Shown: piece by piece, positions 10,488-24,905 of the stretch
Numbering within the stretch: position 1 is the stretch's first letter
Layout: every line of letters starts with the position of its first letter
DNA from: Basidiobolus meristosporus CBS 931.73
Taxonomy: Eukaryota; Fungi; Basidiobolomycota
Length of the DNA: 64,000 nucleotides
Assembly (NCBI GenBank): GCA_002104905.1
Contig: MCFE01000095.1
Location: 1 to 64,000, forward strand
Direction: 5' to 3'
The notes under the pieces: model-generated
Database searches by the model: none
The model's input: the letters and a program-made list of their open reading frames with translations, nothing else
Told to the model about the DNA's origin: nothing
Position numbers and translations under genes: made by a program

Positions 10488-11788
10488 GAGGATCTAATAT
10501 TCGCATTCATCAAAATAGCCATTCCATCACTAATTAGTATAATCTACCTCATATATACTTTCGTTTAGAGTTATTCATGTTATGTGCATTGCATATACTA
10601 TATAATACCCACGTTTTCTTCATTAAAGGCTGCTAGTTGCTGCTATAATTTGTGTCCAGACAGAAAGTATACACCTAATATTCTGTCCAGTATCCGTAGT
10701 CGGATTTTGAAAAGCCGAGAGGATCACGTGTCACTGTACAAAGTATTTGCGAGTGTATTGTACCTGATAAAAGAAGCCCAGCCCCTTTAAGAATGGCACC
10801 GCCCCTGTCAACAAGGCAAGGTATAGGGCGTGTTTACCTCTGCTTTTCATCTTCGCTACGCGATACGGAATAATGAAAAGCTATTTAAGATGGCCTAATT
10901 AATTTACATATGGGGCAATGTTACACAAAGAGATTTACATCGTTGATCGAATACACAGCACCGGGTGTAGCCAGAAAACTTCAACAGATTGATTGACAAT
11001 AAAGACCCTTAATATGGCCCCCAATATAGAATTGTCGGGCCGAGAAATACCACTCGTTTTTGCATATACCACAATGATAATTTTTCCAGACTTTGAATTG
11101 TCTGATTCATTGAAATAGCCGAGTACCAAATGATTTACGTATCTGATGGAGTGCTGAGGTTTAACGCTATACCATATGCTACATATACAAGAGAAGCAAT
11201 AAATATCATCTCAATATAGCCGCCTCCATTGTTTTTTAACAATCAATGTTATTATGGCTGACTGAACGTACAAGACTAGGATGAGTATTAACTTGCGTCT
11301 TCCGGATACTAGCTCACCTTCCTTGAACAAATTCCCTGTCTGATTTCCCATTTTTATTCCCACCCAAATAGAGCACCAATCCTGATGTTCAATATTCATG
11401 CTTGTGGTTTACAGATTTGCGTGTTGAACTCGGTCTTGGCATTTTTAATGTCAATAACCTCCCTTTCTAATATGTAAGGAGATAACACGCACAGCTCGCA
11501 CCGACTGCAACTCAATTATACACATCACATTTGATATTTCCATGCTCTACGTGCTAGTGCTTGCTTTAGACATTTCTACAATCTGTATTCGCAATGGACA
11601 CTTACCATGGTTATGTAGACTAGGATATCTCAATCGAGAAAGAAAGATGAGAAGGACTAAAAGTTTATGTGGGAGCAAGGGTCGGGGGCGTGTCATCAGA
11701 CCGATGGTCGTACATAGTCACCGCCACACGGTTGCTACCTTACCTATATAGAACTGAAAAGTAGATGTAAATCCAGTCTATCAAAGAA

Positions 11789-12184
11789 ATGTCAAACAAC
11801 AACTCTGACTTGGACAATATATTCAGTTATCATAATTGCAAACACGCATCTTCAGGAACCCTGGGGCTGCTACCTACACAAGAACTATCTATGAATCATG
11901 TCGTAATCCCACAAGAATTATATCCAGACATTTCAAACGAGTTGTCTCGACCTCTCAAAATACCACAAACTTTACCAAATCCATCACACTTCGACAATAG
12001 TAATATCATGTCTGAGCTGCAATCATCATCGTCGCCTTCGAGTCAAACGTATCATAGTGTCTGGTTGTCTAGCTCCCTAAATTCAGATATCGCTATATAT
12101 GGCCCCGAATCGTCCGGGCCATTGGTTACACCAGGTCTTCACGACGTCTCCAACAAAAATGGCAATCTATGGAAGTACAACTAA
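11789..12184 (+). CDS. Ser/Asn-rich ORF of unknown function (possibly one exon of a larger gene)
   Basis: 131-aa ATG-initiated ORF with low-complexity composition; no recognisable domain. Confidence 0.3.
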   Translation: MSNNNSDLDNIFSYHNCKHASSGTLGLLPTQELSMNHVVIPQELYPDISNELSRPLKIPQTLPNPSHFDNSNIMSELQSSSSPSSQTYHSVWLSSSLNSDIAIYGPESSGPLVTPGLHDVSNKNGNLWKYN

Positions 12185-12636
12185 CCCCCACCCCCTTTTC
12201 CTTACGAAACCGTTTGATTGAATACTTTGATTCCTAGTACTGCCAACTGGTGTCTGTCTTCGGTATTGTACATACTATCATTGTGTTAGTTGGCAATGCT
12301 TTATCCGGCACCGCATGATTCCTATGGCAGCGTTTATGCAGAACAAATCTAGACTTTCTGCTTCATGAAGTGAGATGATTGGCCTAGAAGAGCTATACAT
12401 GTGAGATCTTACAAGCACGGAAGTGCTCGATTTATAAATGGCATTACACCAATGAAAGGCTCCTCCGCATCAATTTACTGATTTTTCCTCCCCAAAGATC
12501 AGTTTTTTTCTTTTCGTCTAATAGGAGGAGGCTTGGACATTCACGAAGTCAATTGCATAACCAGCTTTTCAAAGGCTTATCTCCGAGACGTCTTTATAGA
12601 TTTCTTGTTAGCGTCTTTTAATACCATAGTGATAAG

Positions 12637-13602
12637 ATGACATCCTCTAATTCAATTAAAGTATTGACCGGTAACTCCAACCCCGACTTGGCTGCACGCG
12701 TAGCTAAACACTTGGGAATTGAACTTTGCAATGTAACCGTGGTCAAATTCTCGAACCAGGAAACATCTGTTACTATTGGAGAGTCCGTTCGTGATGAAGA
12801 TGTCTTCATCATTCAATCTGGCTGCGGAGAGATTAATGACAATCTCATGGAGCTTCTTATCATGATTAACGCCTGCAAAACTGCTTCTGCTCGTCGCATC
12901 ACTACAGTTATTCCGTGTTTCCCATACGCTCGTCAAGACAAGAAGGATAAATCACGCGCACCTATCTCAGCCAAGCTCATTGCCAATATGCTCACTGTCG
13001 CCGGTGCCAACCATGTGATTACCGTAGATCTTCATGCTTCTCAAATCCAGGGTTTCTTTGACATCCCAGTTGATAACTTATTTGCCGAGCCACTTGTTTT
13101 GAAGTACATTCGCAACGAGCTTCCTGACTACAAAAACGCAGTCATCGTGTCTCCCGATGCCGGTGGTGCCAAGCGTGCAACCGCCATAGCGGACCATTTG
13201 GATTTGGAGTTCGCTTTAATCCACAAAGAGCGTAAGAAGGCAAATGAAGTATCCCGCATGGTGTTGGTTGGTGATGTCAAGGGCAAGATTGGTATTCTTG
13301 TCGATGACATGGCAGATACTTGCGGTACTCTTGGGCTTGCTGCCAAAACATTGATAGACAATGGCGCCACCCAAGTGTATGCTATCGTTACCCATGGCGT
13401 CCTCTCTGGCAAAGCATTGAAGGTGATCAATGAGTCTGTATTGGAGAAAGTGGTGGTAACCAATACCATTCCACACGAAGACAAGAAACAAATATGCAGC
13501 AAAATTGAGACCATCGATGTTTCGGCTACTCTTGCTGAAGCGATTAGAAGAACTCATAATGGAGAGTCTGTCTCCTACTTGTTCCACAGCGTCCCTCAGT
13601 AA
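12637..13602 (+). CDS. PRS2: Ribose-phosphate pyrophosphokinase (class I PRPP synthetase, Prs2/4-like)
   Basis: [71 protein letters not shown]; single exon. Confidence 0.97.
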   Translation: MTSSNSIKVLTGNSNPDLAARVAKHLGIELCNVTVVKFSNQETSVTIGESVRDEDVFIIQSGCGEINDNLMELLIMINACKTASARRITTVIPCFPYARQDKKDKSRAPISAKLIANMLTVAGANHVITVDLHASQIQGFFDIPVDNLFAEPLVLKYIRNELPDYKNAVIVSPDAGGAKRATAIADHLDLEFALIHKERKKANEVSRMVLVGDVKGKIGILVDDMADTCGTLGLAAKTLIDNGATQVYAIVTHGVLSGKALKVINESVLEKVVVTNTIPHEDKKQICSKIETIDVSATLAEAIRRTHNGESVSYLFHSVPQ

Positions 13603-13919
13603 CGCATTGAATTAGTCATTCATTCTCAACTTGTTTCATAGTTCCCATTAGTTCAAACCATCATACTTGATACTTTATGTTCAGTAAATATCAACAACAA
13701 TGTCATTCTTGTAATATGAGCTGTTGGATGCAGCTCTTGTGTCTAAACAATATTTACAGTAATATATAGAGAAACAAAGGAACTTTCAATGGGCCTTGGC
13801 TTCAATCCTTTCGGATTGCGGACATCCTTTCCAAATGGGCCAAATATGGTAATGTGGCTTATAGAATCCAGTAGATGACATGGATTGCAAGTTGTGGCTG
13901 GTAAACCAATATGTTTAAA

Positions 13920-15485
13920 TCAGAAGGAATCCTGCTTCTCAACTTGGGAATTCGCATCACGAACCAATGAGCCATTGCGTTGAGATTTCGGCATGTCATC
14001 TGTGGTGGCATGAAGGAATGAATCCAACAAGTTCCGGGCGATCTGGAGATATTTCACCAACGTTAGTCTAAAAGACTCAAGCATCTCCACTGTGAGCGAC
14101 TTCTTCGCGTGAACGCATGGTGTAACTGTTCTATTTGGAAGGATGGTATAGGCCAATCCACGCCACTCGACCTCGGACCCAGACATGGCATAGACCCAGA
14201 GCGGGAAAGCCGCTATTTCGCGCAGGCTCCACGTAATAATGAAAGTACGAATATCTTTTACAGGACTTTTCATAAGCGTTTGGTAATTGCTAAGATCTAT
14301 CAAGAACCAAAAGGCCATGTGAAGAGTAAAGAAGCTAGTTGGATGGATTCTCAATAATAGGCTGAACCCATATGAAGCCAAGATACCACACACTATGGAT
14401 TCGGTAAAAGGCTCAACTAAAGTGGCGGTGACGACCATATACTTTCGAAGACGTATCCACCGGGCGCGCCGCTTGAAAAAATCGATTGTTCTCATAGACC
14501 CCAATGACTGGTACGCAAGATCCTGAGTCATCTCGTGTTTGTAGCCCAAGTCCCAGATGGCTTGAGCAATTTCGTTATCCTCTGCGAGATATTTCTTAAA
14601 AGCAGACAATCCACCAACACGCGCCAGTACACTTCTTCGGAACATATTGGACTTTCCAACAACGCAGCTATCTACAGCAGCAAAGTTGATGGCGTTGTAC
14701 ATCTTTGCATGTGCCGTGTTTAGGAACATCGACTCTAGCTCAGAGCCAAACGAGCGGGGATTCACCCCAAATGGCGCATGGTGTACCAGTTCTACGTTTC
14801 TTTGGCTTAGTTTGTCAACAGAACGACCGAGACATCCAGAGTGGGTGAAGACGTTAGAATCAAGAATCCAAACGATATCGTATTTGGCAGAGTTGTAGGC
14901 TCGAATCAGGTTGTTAATTTTCGGATTAACTCCAATCAATTGCTCACCTGGGAGAATGAAGATCAGCAAACCAGGCGGATGACTTCTCGTGACTGGTGAC
15001 CACTTACCAATGATTAATCTAGCATCCACATGTTGATGCTCAGCAATGATATCTTTCACCACATCGATGGCAGGGTCATCTGGTGTTGCAATGCTAAAAA
15101 TTACCTCGAAAAGAGGATAATCTTGTTTTAGGCTGGATGTGAGATTCTCTCGCAATCCATAATCAACCCCCTTGATTGGACGTAAGATTGATACGCCTTG
15201 AGCGTCATTAGACAGGAGTCGCGAAGAAACCGAGGGCTTTTGCTCCGAGTAGCGGTGCCAGCTGTTGGATTTATATAAACATCAATTCGATAACAAAGGG
15301 ACAATGGGAGCATACCATATCAAAAAACCAAGAATCGAGAGGCCAGTCATAAATATCCACCACGCAACGGTCAGCCACATGAAGACGATTTGTGTGGTAG
15401 AATATGAAGAATGATGCGCATAGGTAGGACCGATTTTGAGAGCATTGCCTAAGAGGCCCTGGTATCCGCTCATACTAGAAGACAT
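13920..15485 (-). CDS. HSX11: Ceramide glucosyltransferase (glucosylceramide synthase, GT21), multi-exon
   Basis: N-terminal TM helix; VSILRPIKGVD; GVNPKINNL; WILDSN; CVVGKS; YLAED; RRARWIRLRK (RxxRW); EPFTES. Confidence 0.93.
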
Positions 15486-16474
15486 CTGAAAGAGGTAATG
15501 CAGCGTATGAGGCAACTCAACTGGAATGGTATGTGGAATTTATCGATTGAAGAATTTGGAGTTGAAGGCGAGAGTAAGCGTTGTTGGTGTTTGCTCCAAC
15601 AAACCCATTGGTTTTATGGTTGTGAAAACCACAACTGAATCCCGAAGATCTCTCGGTTCCTTACTAATAAGATACAATTGAATGGTCAGACTTGTATAAT
15701 AGTGAACTGAAGTTCTCTTCATCGGTAGATCAAATATTGATTATTCAACTCTGACGTATTTGAAGTACCGTTTTTAGTATAGCAAGGGGCGGGTGCATCA
15801 TATTGCATTACCGCAATATTTATGTTGCGGAAGGTGTATACCAAGGTTGGCAAAAGAGTTTTCATGCTCATGTACGAGCTTTGATTACTAATAATGATGC
15901 CTCAACAAACCCAGTAAATGCGATTCGAAGCCATTACGAATACCATCTATCCAGCCGCTGTTTAGGCACCAAAAAAGACCAGGATTAGTATACTTGGCGC
16001 GTGGAGTTAAGCGCTAATCTTTAGCAAACACGGTACTCGGGCAAATGGTAATACACAAGCTGTACTGTGCACTCACTGTCCGTAGATGATGGCCACCAAA
16101 AATCCCTCAAAGCAGGAATTAAACAGGCCGGCTGAAATGTATAATCTCCGAAGGATGCTAATGTCTATACGGCCCATTAGTCATACAGACAAACTCTAGA
16201 TGCGATGGTCTGAATGTTCTAAGCTACGGAAATGTATGTAATAGATTGAATTATGGTGCCTTTATTGGAACAGTGTGGGCACATGTATGATTATATTAGT
16301 GAGCATCTTAATTATTATTACTTATCAACGCAAGCGGTCGAAGTAGAATTGAATTTAGGGCCTAGTAAAAATCACGGATCTCAATGCTTTCACAATGTAA
16401 ACTAAAGATATAAGGAATTGGTGAAGAGTAAAAAATTATAATGGTTAAGGTAAAGTAAACTAAACAATCTCCAT

Positions 16475-17621
16475 CTACAATAGACTATCCATTTTGCTCA
16501 TTACGTCTAGTACCGCTGCTACTGCTTCTAGACCTCCTTTGTGACAACCGCACTCCTCACACGCCTGATACAGACTCTTAGCTTTCCCGGTTCCAGGCCA
16601 GGTCCCGAATATGCGGAAGTAATCCTCCACTTTGTCAAAGCATTTCTCTCTCTCTTCCTGATTCATACTACCGAGTGCATTTTCCAATACGTTGGCCGCG
16701 TACGAGCTGCAGATCAAGGCAATTGTACGCAGTTGTAGTAAGGGCCTTAGGCGCTCCTCTTGATGAATAGTACTTGTGGTAGTGAGTACCCTACCCGATT
16801 TCATCACCAGAGAAGTATAAACCCTCCGTAATATTTCTTCCTTTGTTTGAGGATCGCTAACTGGATGTGCAGCCATATCAAAGATCAAGAAGCTTCTCTT
16901 TTCTGTCCGTAAAACACCTTTGTCAACCAGTCCTTTAGCAAGGCGCTCGCGTACTTGCTTCAATTGGTAATTTAATTTAGCCAAGTTCCATGTCTCTCCT
17001 GAATATAAGATAGATTTACAATCAATGTCAGGGCTCACTTGAATGCTATCTACCATCCGCTGAATTGAAGGCTTACCGCTCATGTAGTCTATCCAATTGT
17101 TAATACTGAGTTTCTGTTCCGAATTTTTCATAAGCTTGATCGCTTCATCGAGTAACACTTCCCCAGTCAGACTAGAATCAACAAGTTCGACAATTCGGTC
17201 ACTGAGTCGAGTACAACTATATGTGGCATCTTTCACTACAGAGATTCTGTTGCGCAAGGCCAGCTCCAACATTATACAGCCACGCAAAGCGTAACTTATG
17301 TGATCGTTCCAAAAGGAAAGGTAGCCCTAACGTTGAAAACATAAGCTCTATGCGGGACAATTTAAGGCTAGAGCAACGGGAATAGTTATCTAAGCCCCCC
17401 TGTGGACAACATACCTGTTTGTCTTTTAGCCCCAACAATAGCACTTCCTCCATAAGAGTAAGTTTGGGCGATATATCATCGGACTCTTTACCAGTTCTAG
17501 CTATTGAATTGGTGGAATGTGTCTGAAGTAAGGGCTTTAAAGTCTCCTTTAGGGGTTCCCCAACGAAACCAAAATTATTGCCTGCAATTCGACGACGTTG
17601 TAAGCCACCAGTAGAAGTCAT
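16475..17621 (-). CDS. VPS74: Vps74/GOLPH3 PI4P-binding Golgi protein (multi-exon)
   Basis: MTSTGGLQRRR; KLTLMEEVLLLGLKDKQ|GYLSFWNDHISYALRGCIMLELALR; TGEVLLDEAIK; GETWN; VRERLAKGLVDKGVLRTEK. Confidence 0.96.
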
Positions 17622-18438
17622 TACTGAAATATAAATAAACAAAAAAGGTGTAATTAGCCGGTCAAGAAGAAAGATAGCAGAGACCAGCACTCGCTGAAGC
17701 CAGGTTAAAGTATAGCAGGTCCAGGTGGACAAGGGCGTTGAACGAATTAATACGATTTCCAAACAGAGTCTGAAGACCAAATAAACAAACCAGAATCAGC
17801 CTCAAGTACTAATTGCTTGAATCACTGGTATTCTCATTTGGTTGTGTAGTATCGAGCCACCATCAGAGTAAATTATTTGCCCCAAATTTAACCTCATCTC
17901 GTCTGTCATACCCTCAATCTCGGAAATGCTCATGGCCATGGCTATTTGGCTTTTCACTGGCTATTAAGGAATTGTCCCAGCAAATGGAATGGGATGATCA
18001 GGTATTTTCGAATGGATGATTTATTATTTTAATATAGAAATGGGCATGGTGCCTACTCGAATATTTTCAGATATGGGAATTCTGCAGCGATGGTGTCCAG
18101 AAAAATACGGAGCCTTTAGGGAATGGCCCCTTTCAAATATATTCGGGGGTTAAAAGCTGTATTTGATATATTTATTTATTCGTTTAACCCTTGATTAATA
18201 TTCCATTTTACTCTACGCCAGTGTTCATCTCTGTTGATTTCTCAAGTAAAGCGGAATCCAACTTTACGATAGATTTGTTCGTTCCTACTCCTCTTTGCAA
18301 TCTACCTATCATCTCTTCTAAATAAGGGGTATTCATCTTAGCACTAGCTGTCCAGTGAAATCCTAGCGTTGCTAATTGTTTCCCCTCCCCGGAGAGTAAT
18401 AGTATATTTACATATACATACATATATACACGTTGAGT

Positions 18439-21400
18439 ATGACCATTGAAACGAAATGGGAGGGTGGTCCCAAAGATTCTCAATCAAACGAAAATGTCCT
18501 CGCTTCTAGCTTACCTTCGGTGAGGTCTCAAATCCAACAATGGTCCAAGTTGCAAAATATTCCTGAAAAAACGACATCACTAGAATCTTCATCTCAAGCA
18601 ACCAGTTCAAAGGGGGCAGAGGCGAAAGATCCTCGCCCAGAGTTCACGAAGATACTCCCCAGCTCATCCTTGGTTAATGAACAAAAGAATTGGGTGAAGT
18701 TTGGTAATCCTGCAGAAGCCCAACCGCAAAGCGCCCCCTTTCTCGGAAAAGCCAGTAACCAAGCTACAAACGCCACTGTTTTAGTAGATTCTGCTGTTAA
18801 GCCTGACCCACCTTCGAAAGTAGCTTCAACACAATCTGCTGCAACACCGGCTGGTCCCGTTCCCACTCACACCCCCATCCCTATAAAAGCCCATAGGGCT
18901 CCAATCCAAATCATCAATCAAGCTCTCTCCCCAGAAGATACGATACAGCCAGAAGAACTGAGAAAAGTCCCCGGCCGCATTAGCTCACCCTTCATTGATG
19001 CCGATTCGGCTCAATCTAACGATTATAAGGAATCCCTTTCTCCAAAATCTGCCCCGATACAGTTTACACCAACGAACATAAAAAAGGTGGTTCCCAAGGG
19101 CACACCCACTGGCAACAACCTCTCCCCACCAAGCTCTATGACTAGCAAAACAATACATGCTGGCTTTACATTACCTCATAGCGCACCTGCAAAAAACCCA
19201 AATCCTGTGGAGCCGGCAGTTTCTGATCCATTTTCGGACGAACAGGCTGTTTTTGATACATCAAAGCCAGTCGTTGCTTTAGCCAGCGAAATTCCTGCTC
19301 CGCTTGAAACCACAGTGAGAGTACCTCCAAGACCATCTTCCAAAACCAAGCCCATCCCTATATCATCAAAGGGCCCACCTCCTGTAGTCCCGATCAATCC
19401 GCGTTCACCAACCTCAGCCGTATCACCTGGCGAAAGACCAATTATGCCCCATCGTTCAGTTCCTGAGGAATCTTTCTTGCATAACACAGAAAGTAACGGG
19501 GTCAAAGTCCCACCCCGTCCTCCTCATACTGTCCCAGCGCATCCAGAAGCTTACATCGAAGGGTTTAGAAAAGAGTTGCCGCCGCATCACAATAACAGTC
19601 CAATCAATAATATCGAAGGGGAAACTAGGACTGTATTACCCAGTAGCCTTAATAATGGCTTAGCAAGGAGATCTGGCACTGTGAATGAAAAGATTGGGCC
19701 TAGTGTCAAGCCAGTGGTGCCAGCTCGTCCAGTCGTCCCTTCTCGGCCAGATGAATCAACTAGCCACTTTAATAACACCGAAGAGATGAATCCTTATTTA
19801 CAGCGATCTGCAACTGTATCTGCAAAAAGTGCACCACGTCTTATTATTCCGCCTCGTGAAACCCAGCCAAGCAGTGCCTTATCACCACGAAGTGTACCCA
19901 ACCCACCTATGTTCAAGAACCACGATAATCCAGTCCCCGTAGCGCCCAGGCAGAGTGGCTCGGCCTCAAACATGCACAGTAATGACCAAGAGCAAAGACC
20001 TGCTCTACCAAGCAGGCCGTTGTTTGACTCTCAATTGCCCAAGCCAACACTTCCTGTTCGAGCATCCAACATATCAAGGGCAAATAGTACAATGATTGCA
20101 AAAGCTCGAATGGATGCGTTCGTGTCAGAAGCTCCTGAACCTCAAGGTATAGATTCTGTGGGAGGCGCTCCACCCACACTCCCCCCTAAACCAGCCTTGC
20201 CCCAAAAATGGGCCAACAACAACTTTGGTCATTATAACTCTGCTGAGTCAAATGCGCCATTCGAGCCCTCGGATGTGGCGCCCCCCATACAGCAATATAC
20301 AAACACTACCGACTCTGACTCCAACTCAGACGATGCAGGCCCTGTGACCCAACAACCTCTTTTCCCCGATCAAACGTATGCGAATAGAAGGGCGCCTGAG
20401 CTCCCGGATCAGGCGGTTAGATTGCAGCACAAAAACGCACCGAAGCGATTTAGTATTGCTGGGAATTTTGTAATCACTGGTCACGTTGCTGTCAAAGCTT
20501 GGAATATGACAACTAAGGAATCCTTCCCGGTTTGTCACGAAGATGGCAGAGTCAGTGCTATCTGTCCATGTCCCTCAGCGGACGCCTACGAGGGAAAATT
20601 GTTCTGGTGTGGCTTACTCGATGGCACGCTAATCGAGATCAACACAGAGACGCTCAAAGTCACGAATCGAATCTCTTCTGCGCACAACTCGCCCGTCAAC
20701 CACATTCTCCGATATAGATTCCAGCTTTGGACCATAGACGACAACGGAGGAGTGAGAATCTGGCTTCCAGATGCAAACAAGGAGCTTTCACTTTTCCGAA
20801 AGCTTGAGCCTGTATATATTGCCAAGAAACAACCCGTCGCAATAGTAGTGAGGAACGAGCTTTGGACGGCCAAAGATAAAAACATCAATATTTACGAGTA
20901 TCGGGAAAGTCAGACTGGTATCTCTCTGGAGCAGATCGCCGCACTTGATGTGGGCATCGACATCGGAACTGTTAACTGCGTAACGAAAAACAGAGATGGC
21001 ACATTAGTGTACACCGGTCATCTGGATGGTAAAGTGATGATATGGGATACCACGTCTCACAGCTGTGTGCGCGTTGTACCGGTGTCCAACTATCGGATCT
21101 GCTCGCTGCTGTGCGTAAGAGAAAGATATCTTTGGGCGGGCTTTGCTACCGGACGCATTTATATTTACGACATGAGCTATGACCACTGGATCGTCGTCAA
21201 AAACTGGGAAGCTCATCACTCATCACCCGTAAACCAGCTCAAACTGAACACCACCTCGGTGTTTGTTCATGAGGAGGTACAAATCGCCAGTTTCTCTGAG
21301 GACGGGGCCGTGAAAATATGGGATGGAATGTTGACTAGTGATTGGAAGGGTAAGTTGCCACCAGTTTGGACAGAATGTGTGGGAGGTGCTAACACTATTG

Positions 21401-22769
21401 AATTCAATTAGAGAAAGAGATGTTGCAGCGAGATGCGGAGTTTTGTAGATTCCGCGATATCAAAGTACTGATATGCTCTTGGAACATCGATGCCCGGAAA
21501 CCTCACAAGTTCGAACACGAGAATCTACGAGCACTGGAGGCTTGGCTATCTACAGTCAAAGACCCAGATATTATCGTTGTTGGATTCCAAGAAACTGTGG
21601 ATTTGGAGTCCAAGAAAGTCACTGCCAGTAAGTGACTCCGCCTTTCTAAACATTTCCACTTCAGGGTGACTAATTACGACGTTTTTATTTCAGAATCGAT
21701 TCTCAAGTTCAAAAATAAGAAAAACAGTGAAGAGCAGTGGACCCACAGATACAAGCAATGGCAGGAAAAGCTAACCGAAGCGATTGCGCGAGCCGGCCAT
21801 GATTCGCAATACTCCCTCGAAGAGTGCCAGAACCTCATTGGATTGTTCAGTTGCGTGTTCGTGAAGACTAGCGAGAAGTCGAAAATCAGAAAGATCAATG
21901 CTGGCAAGGTGAAGACGGGCTTTGGCGGTTTACACGGAAACAAGGTAATTCATCCAACAGTTTGTTCTGTGTAACTCGACCGCAACTAACGTGAACCCCA
22001 GGGCGCCATCGCCATTCGCCTACTATATGAGGACTCGTCCCTTTGCTTTGTCAACTGTCATTTGGCGGCCGGTCAGAGTCACGTTTTGCAACGGAACAAC
22101 GATGTGGCCACAATCCTGCAATCCTCTATGTTCGAAGCCGTCAATGAGGACAAATTTGTTTTCGTCAAAGGCGGAAACGGTACTCTGATCACTGACCACG
22201 GATACTGCTTCTGGTCAGGTGATTTGAATTATCGGATTGATTTGCCCAGGGACCAGGTAATAAAACTGATCGCCGAGAAAAAATGGGACGCACTCTACGA
22301 GTATGATCAGCTACACCGTGAACAGTCCGAAAATCTGGCGTTCATGCTACGCTCATTCACGGAAGGACCTATTCACTTCGCACCTACATACAAGTACGAC
22401 CGTGACACCGATGTGTACGATACGTCTGAAAAGCAACGTATCCCGGCCTGGTGCGATCGTGTACTATACAGAGGTGAGCGGATACAGCAGCACGGATACC
22501 GACGCCACGAGTTGAACACCTCCGATCATAGACCAATTAGCGCGGTGTTCACGGCGACCGTAAAAACCGTCATCGGCAACGAGTATGTACAAAGAGTCTG
22601 GGACGAGGTGGATGCAGCCTGGGCTGATTATTTGAGGAGGATCATTCATCGTAGCAAAGAAAACTGGCTGATCGAGTGTGGTTATCCCCGAGAGGTTGTG
22701 AAGCAAGTGCTTGAGAATGAACCAGACCTCCACAGAGCGGCCCTTTACCTGCACTCACAGTTTCCGTAG
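18439..22769 (+). CDS. Inositol polyphosphate 5-phosphatase with long Pro-rich N-terminus and WD40-like propeller (multi-exon)
   Basis: PxxP-rich N-terminal ~640 aa; WD-like repeats (GHLDGKVMIWD, GAVKIWDG). IPPc motifs CSWNIDA, VGFQE, GLHGNKG, FVNCHLAAGQ, FWSGDLNYRI, FAPTYKYD, RIPAWCDRVL, SDHRPI. Confidence 0.93.
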
Positions 22770-22827
22770 CCGTAGGCCAATCTCCAATACTGAGCGCATC
22801 CGCATCCATCCTTTCTGTTGGCATTAT

Positions 22828-23337
22828 TTATTTTGTATGATTAATTAGCTCCATAGTACCTACATCCCACCAGCTTGTCAACTCTTCTCCACTATACATT
22901 CTCAAGAGGAATTCCGATTTCCACTTTCGCATCGGTCGACTCCCACCTCCAAACTTTCTCTTTTCCAGGAGAGATCGACACTTGAATAAATTTTGCTTGT
23001 TATCTTGTGTAAATGTGCGGCCGCAAAACAGGAAGTGTGGTGAATGGACCACTAGGGGAAACTCCTTCCATAAAGAAAGCCGCCGCCACACGGTAAATCG
23101 TAAATCAGGCGAGTACAAGTGTAATGTGTGCGAGCCAGTCCTGAATTTGTATCGCGTGAATATGTGGTTAATGTTGGACAGTGTGTTCGCGGGAGCGTAA
23201 TGCAAATCCAGATTTCTGTTTGGGAAATCGATCCTCAACACTATTTCGTGATATGGGGGATATCGATGCTCTTCAAGCCAATATGAGGGTGAGGATGGCA
23301 TCCAATAATCGACGCGCTTGTATGTGCGATTGGACAT
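22828..23337 (-). CDS. Orphan ORF / last exon of an unidentified gene
   Basis: 169-aa open frame, aromatic-rich, convergent on the 5-phosphatase; upstream exons not resolved. Confidence 0.4.
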   Translation of the reverse strand: MSNRTYKRVDYWMPSSPSYWLEEHRYPPYHEIVLRIDFPNRNLDLHYAPANTLSNINHIFTRYKFRTGSHTLHLYSPDLRFTVWRRLSLWKEFPLVVHSPHFLFCGRTFTQDNKQNLFKCRSLLEKRKFGGGSRPMRKWKSEFLLRMYSGEELTSWWDVGTMELINHTK

Positions 23338-24905
23338 TAGTAATCGGCTGCTCTCCTACCGGATCATGGAATTTCGGAAGCTGGAGAAACAAGATTAATA
23401 GCACCGATTACTATACCTAGTGTTCCGGCGATTTCATCTACTTGGCGAGGGAATCGTCTGACGAATGGAGGCTATTTGAAGGTGGCCCCATGATAGCTTC
23501 GGTGGCTGAACGATCCGACACTTCCAGAACGCCGTTGCTAAGTGAATAAGCCCACAGGAACAAATCCTAGTCCAGATGGCTAGCAATAACGGTGGCTCTA
23601 AGAACATAGTCAGGTGGAGACGGTTGAGAAATATTTTACCTTCAGTTCATCGTAGCGTAGACCAATCCCCAATGACTTGCTCCGATCGAGACAGGACTTT
23701 GGTAAACGATACAGGAATATTCATGGTCCGACGGGACAGCTTGGAAGGGGTCTCTATTAGCAACGCCATATTTCTCATGACCAGCATCCAGAAACTGGAG
23801 TGATGTAGAAGCACTCCGATCCTCAAAATGCTAGAGGTGCGCTCTATGGAGCGATACCACCACCACACCATTGAGTTTGCCTAGGGCATCTATGACATCT
23901 ATGACATCACGGACGACGTAGGACAAGCCTCACCTGCGCATCATTACCACAAACAATCTGTGATTGAAGTCATACGCTACGTAGTTTCAATCAGCTTTGA
24001 CCAAGTCTCAAAGCCTCTACATTACCAGTGCCAGTGCGACGCTGTACACTCATAATCGGCAATTATTAATTCCAAAAATCCATTTATCACACATTAAAGA
24101 AGCATCGATGAATTCTTTTGTCTAAATGAAGGGCATCATGATCGGTCATGGGTAAACATATACCTCCTAGACATCAGATTCTGATCCATGCTGACCTCAT
24201 CTATTTCTCGCGCTCAACCATTCTAGAATTTCCTTATGCGCTCTCTTGCAATGGCTCTTGGGAATATTCCTTTTGGGACATCGCCTGGTTGGAGATCTGA
24301 GCTTAAACCAGCATTGGTTCTCGCGTGAAGACGCTTGTCACAGGCAGCTTGATTGGGCCCGTCGTTAGACATGTGCCCTGGCGATGGAGACTCCTTTTTT
24401 GCCCTCTGAGTTTAATAATATCTCGATGGAATGCACCAAGTAACCATCGAGAGTATGGGAACCCACTGGATGCATGCCAAGCTACGTATCATTCAAATTG
24501 GCGAAGACATGGGGCGCCCTACCGCTCGCGATACCCCAGTCCCGAAGACATCACCGCATATCGAGTGCTCACGGTGCTATTCGGTACATGGCGAGTCAAC
24601 TAAGGTTAAACGCTTTTATTGTTACAAGCCATTCAAGTGTTAACGATAGGGAATCTAAGAGGGATTCACGAACATCATATTTACAGTAAAACTAGATGAA
24701 AACAGCATCGCAAAGTATGTCTCGAACACTTGTCTATACATGATCACCATCCTTGGTGACCATGTAGGTTAGGTATCATCGACACACCATGCTCAGCGAA
24801 GATAGATGAAAATTTCGGCTTCACCAGAGTTCATAAGTGATATAGAATGAGTCAAAAAATGTACAGATTGGAAACGTGCCGCCTTCCTTCGATACGAGAT
24901 CGATA

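Noticed and set aside
10584-10850. Faint Zn2Cys6-like wording (CCYNLCPDRK...DFEKPR..SR...CECI) across two frames
   Set aside because: Required cysteines are missing and no clean splice model restores them.
10935-11500. Short minus-strand ORFs with splice-like signals
   Set aside because: No consistent frame or recognisable domain.
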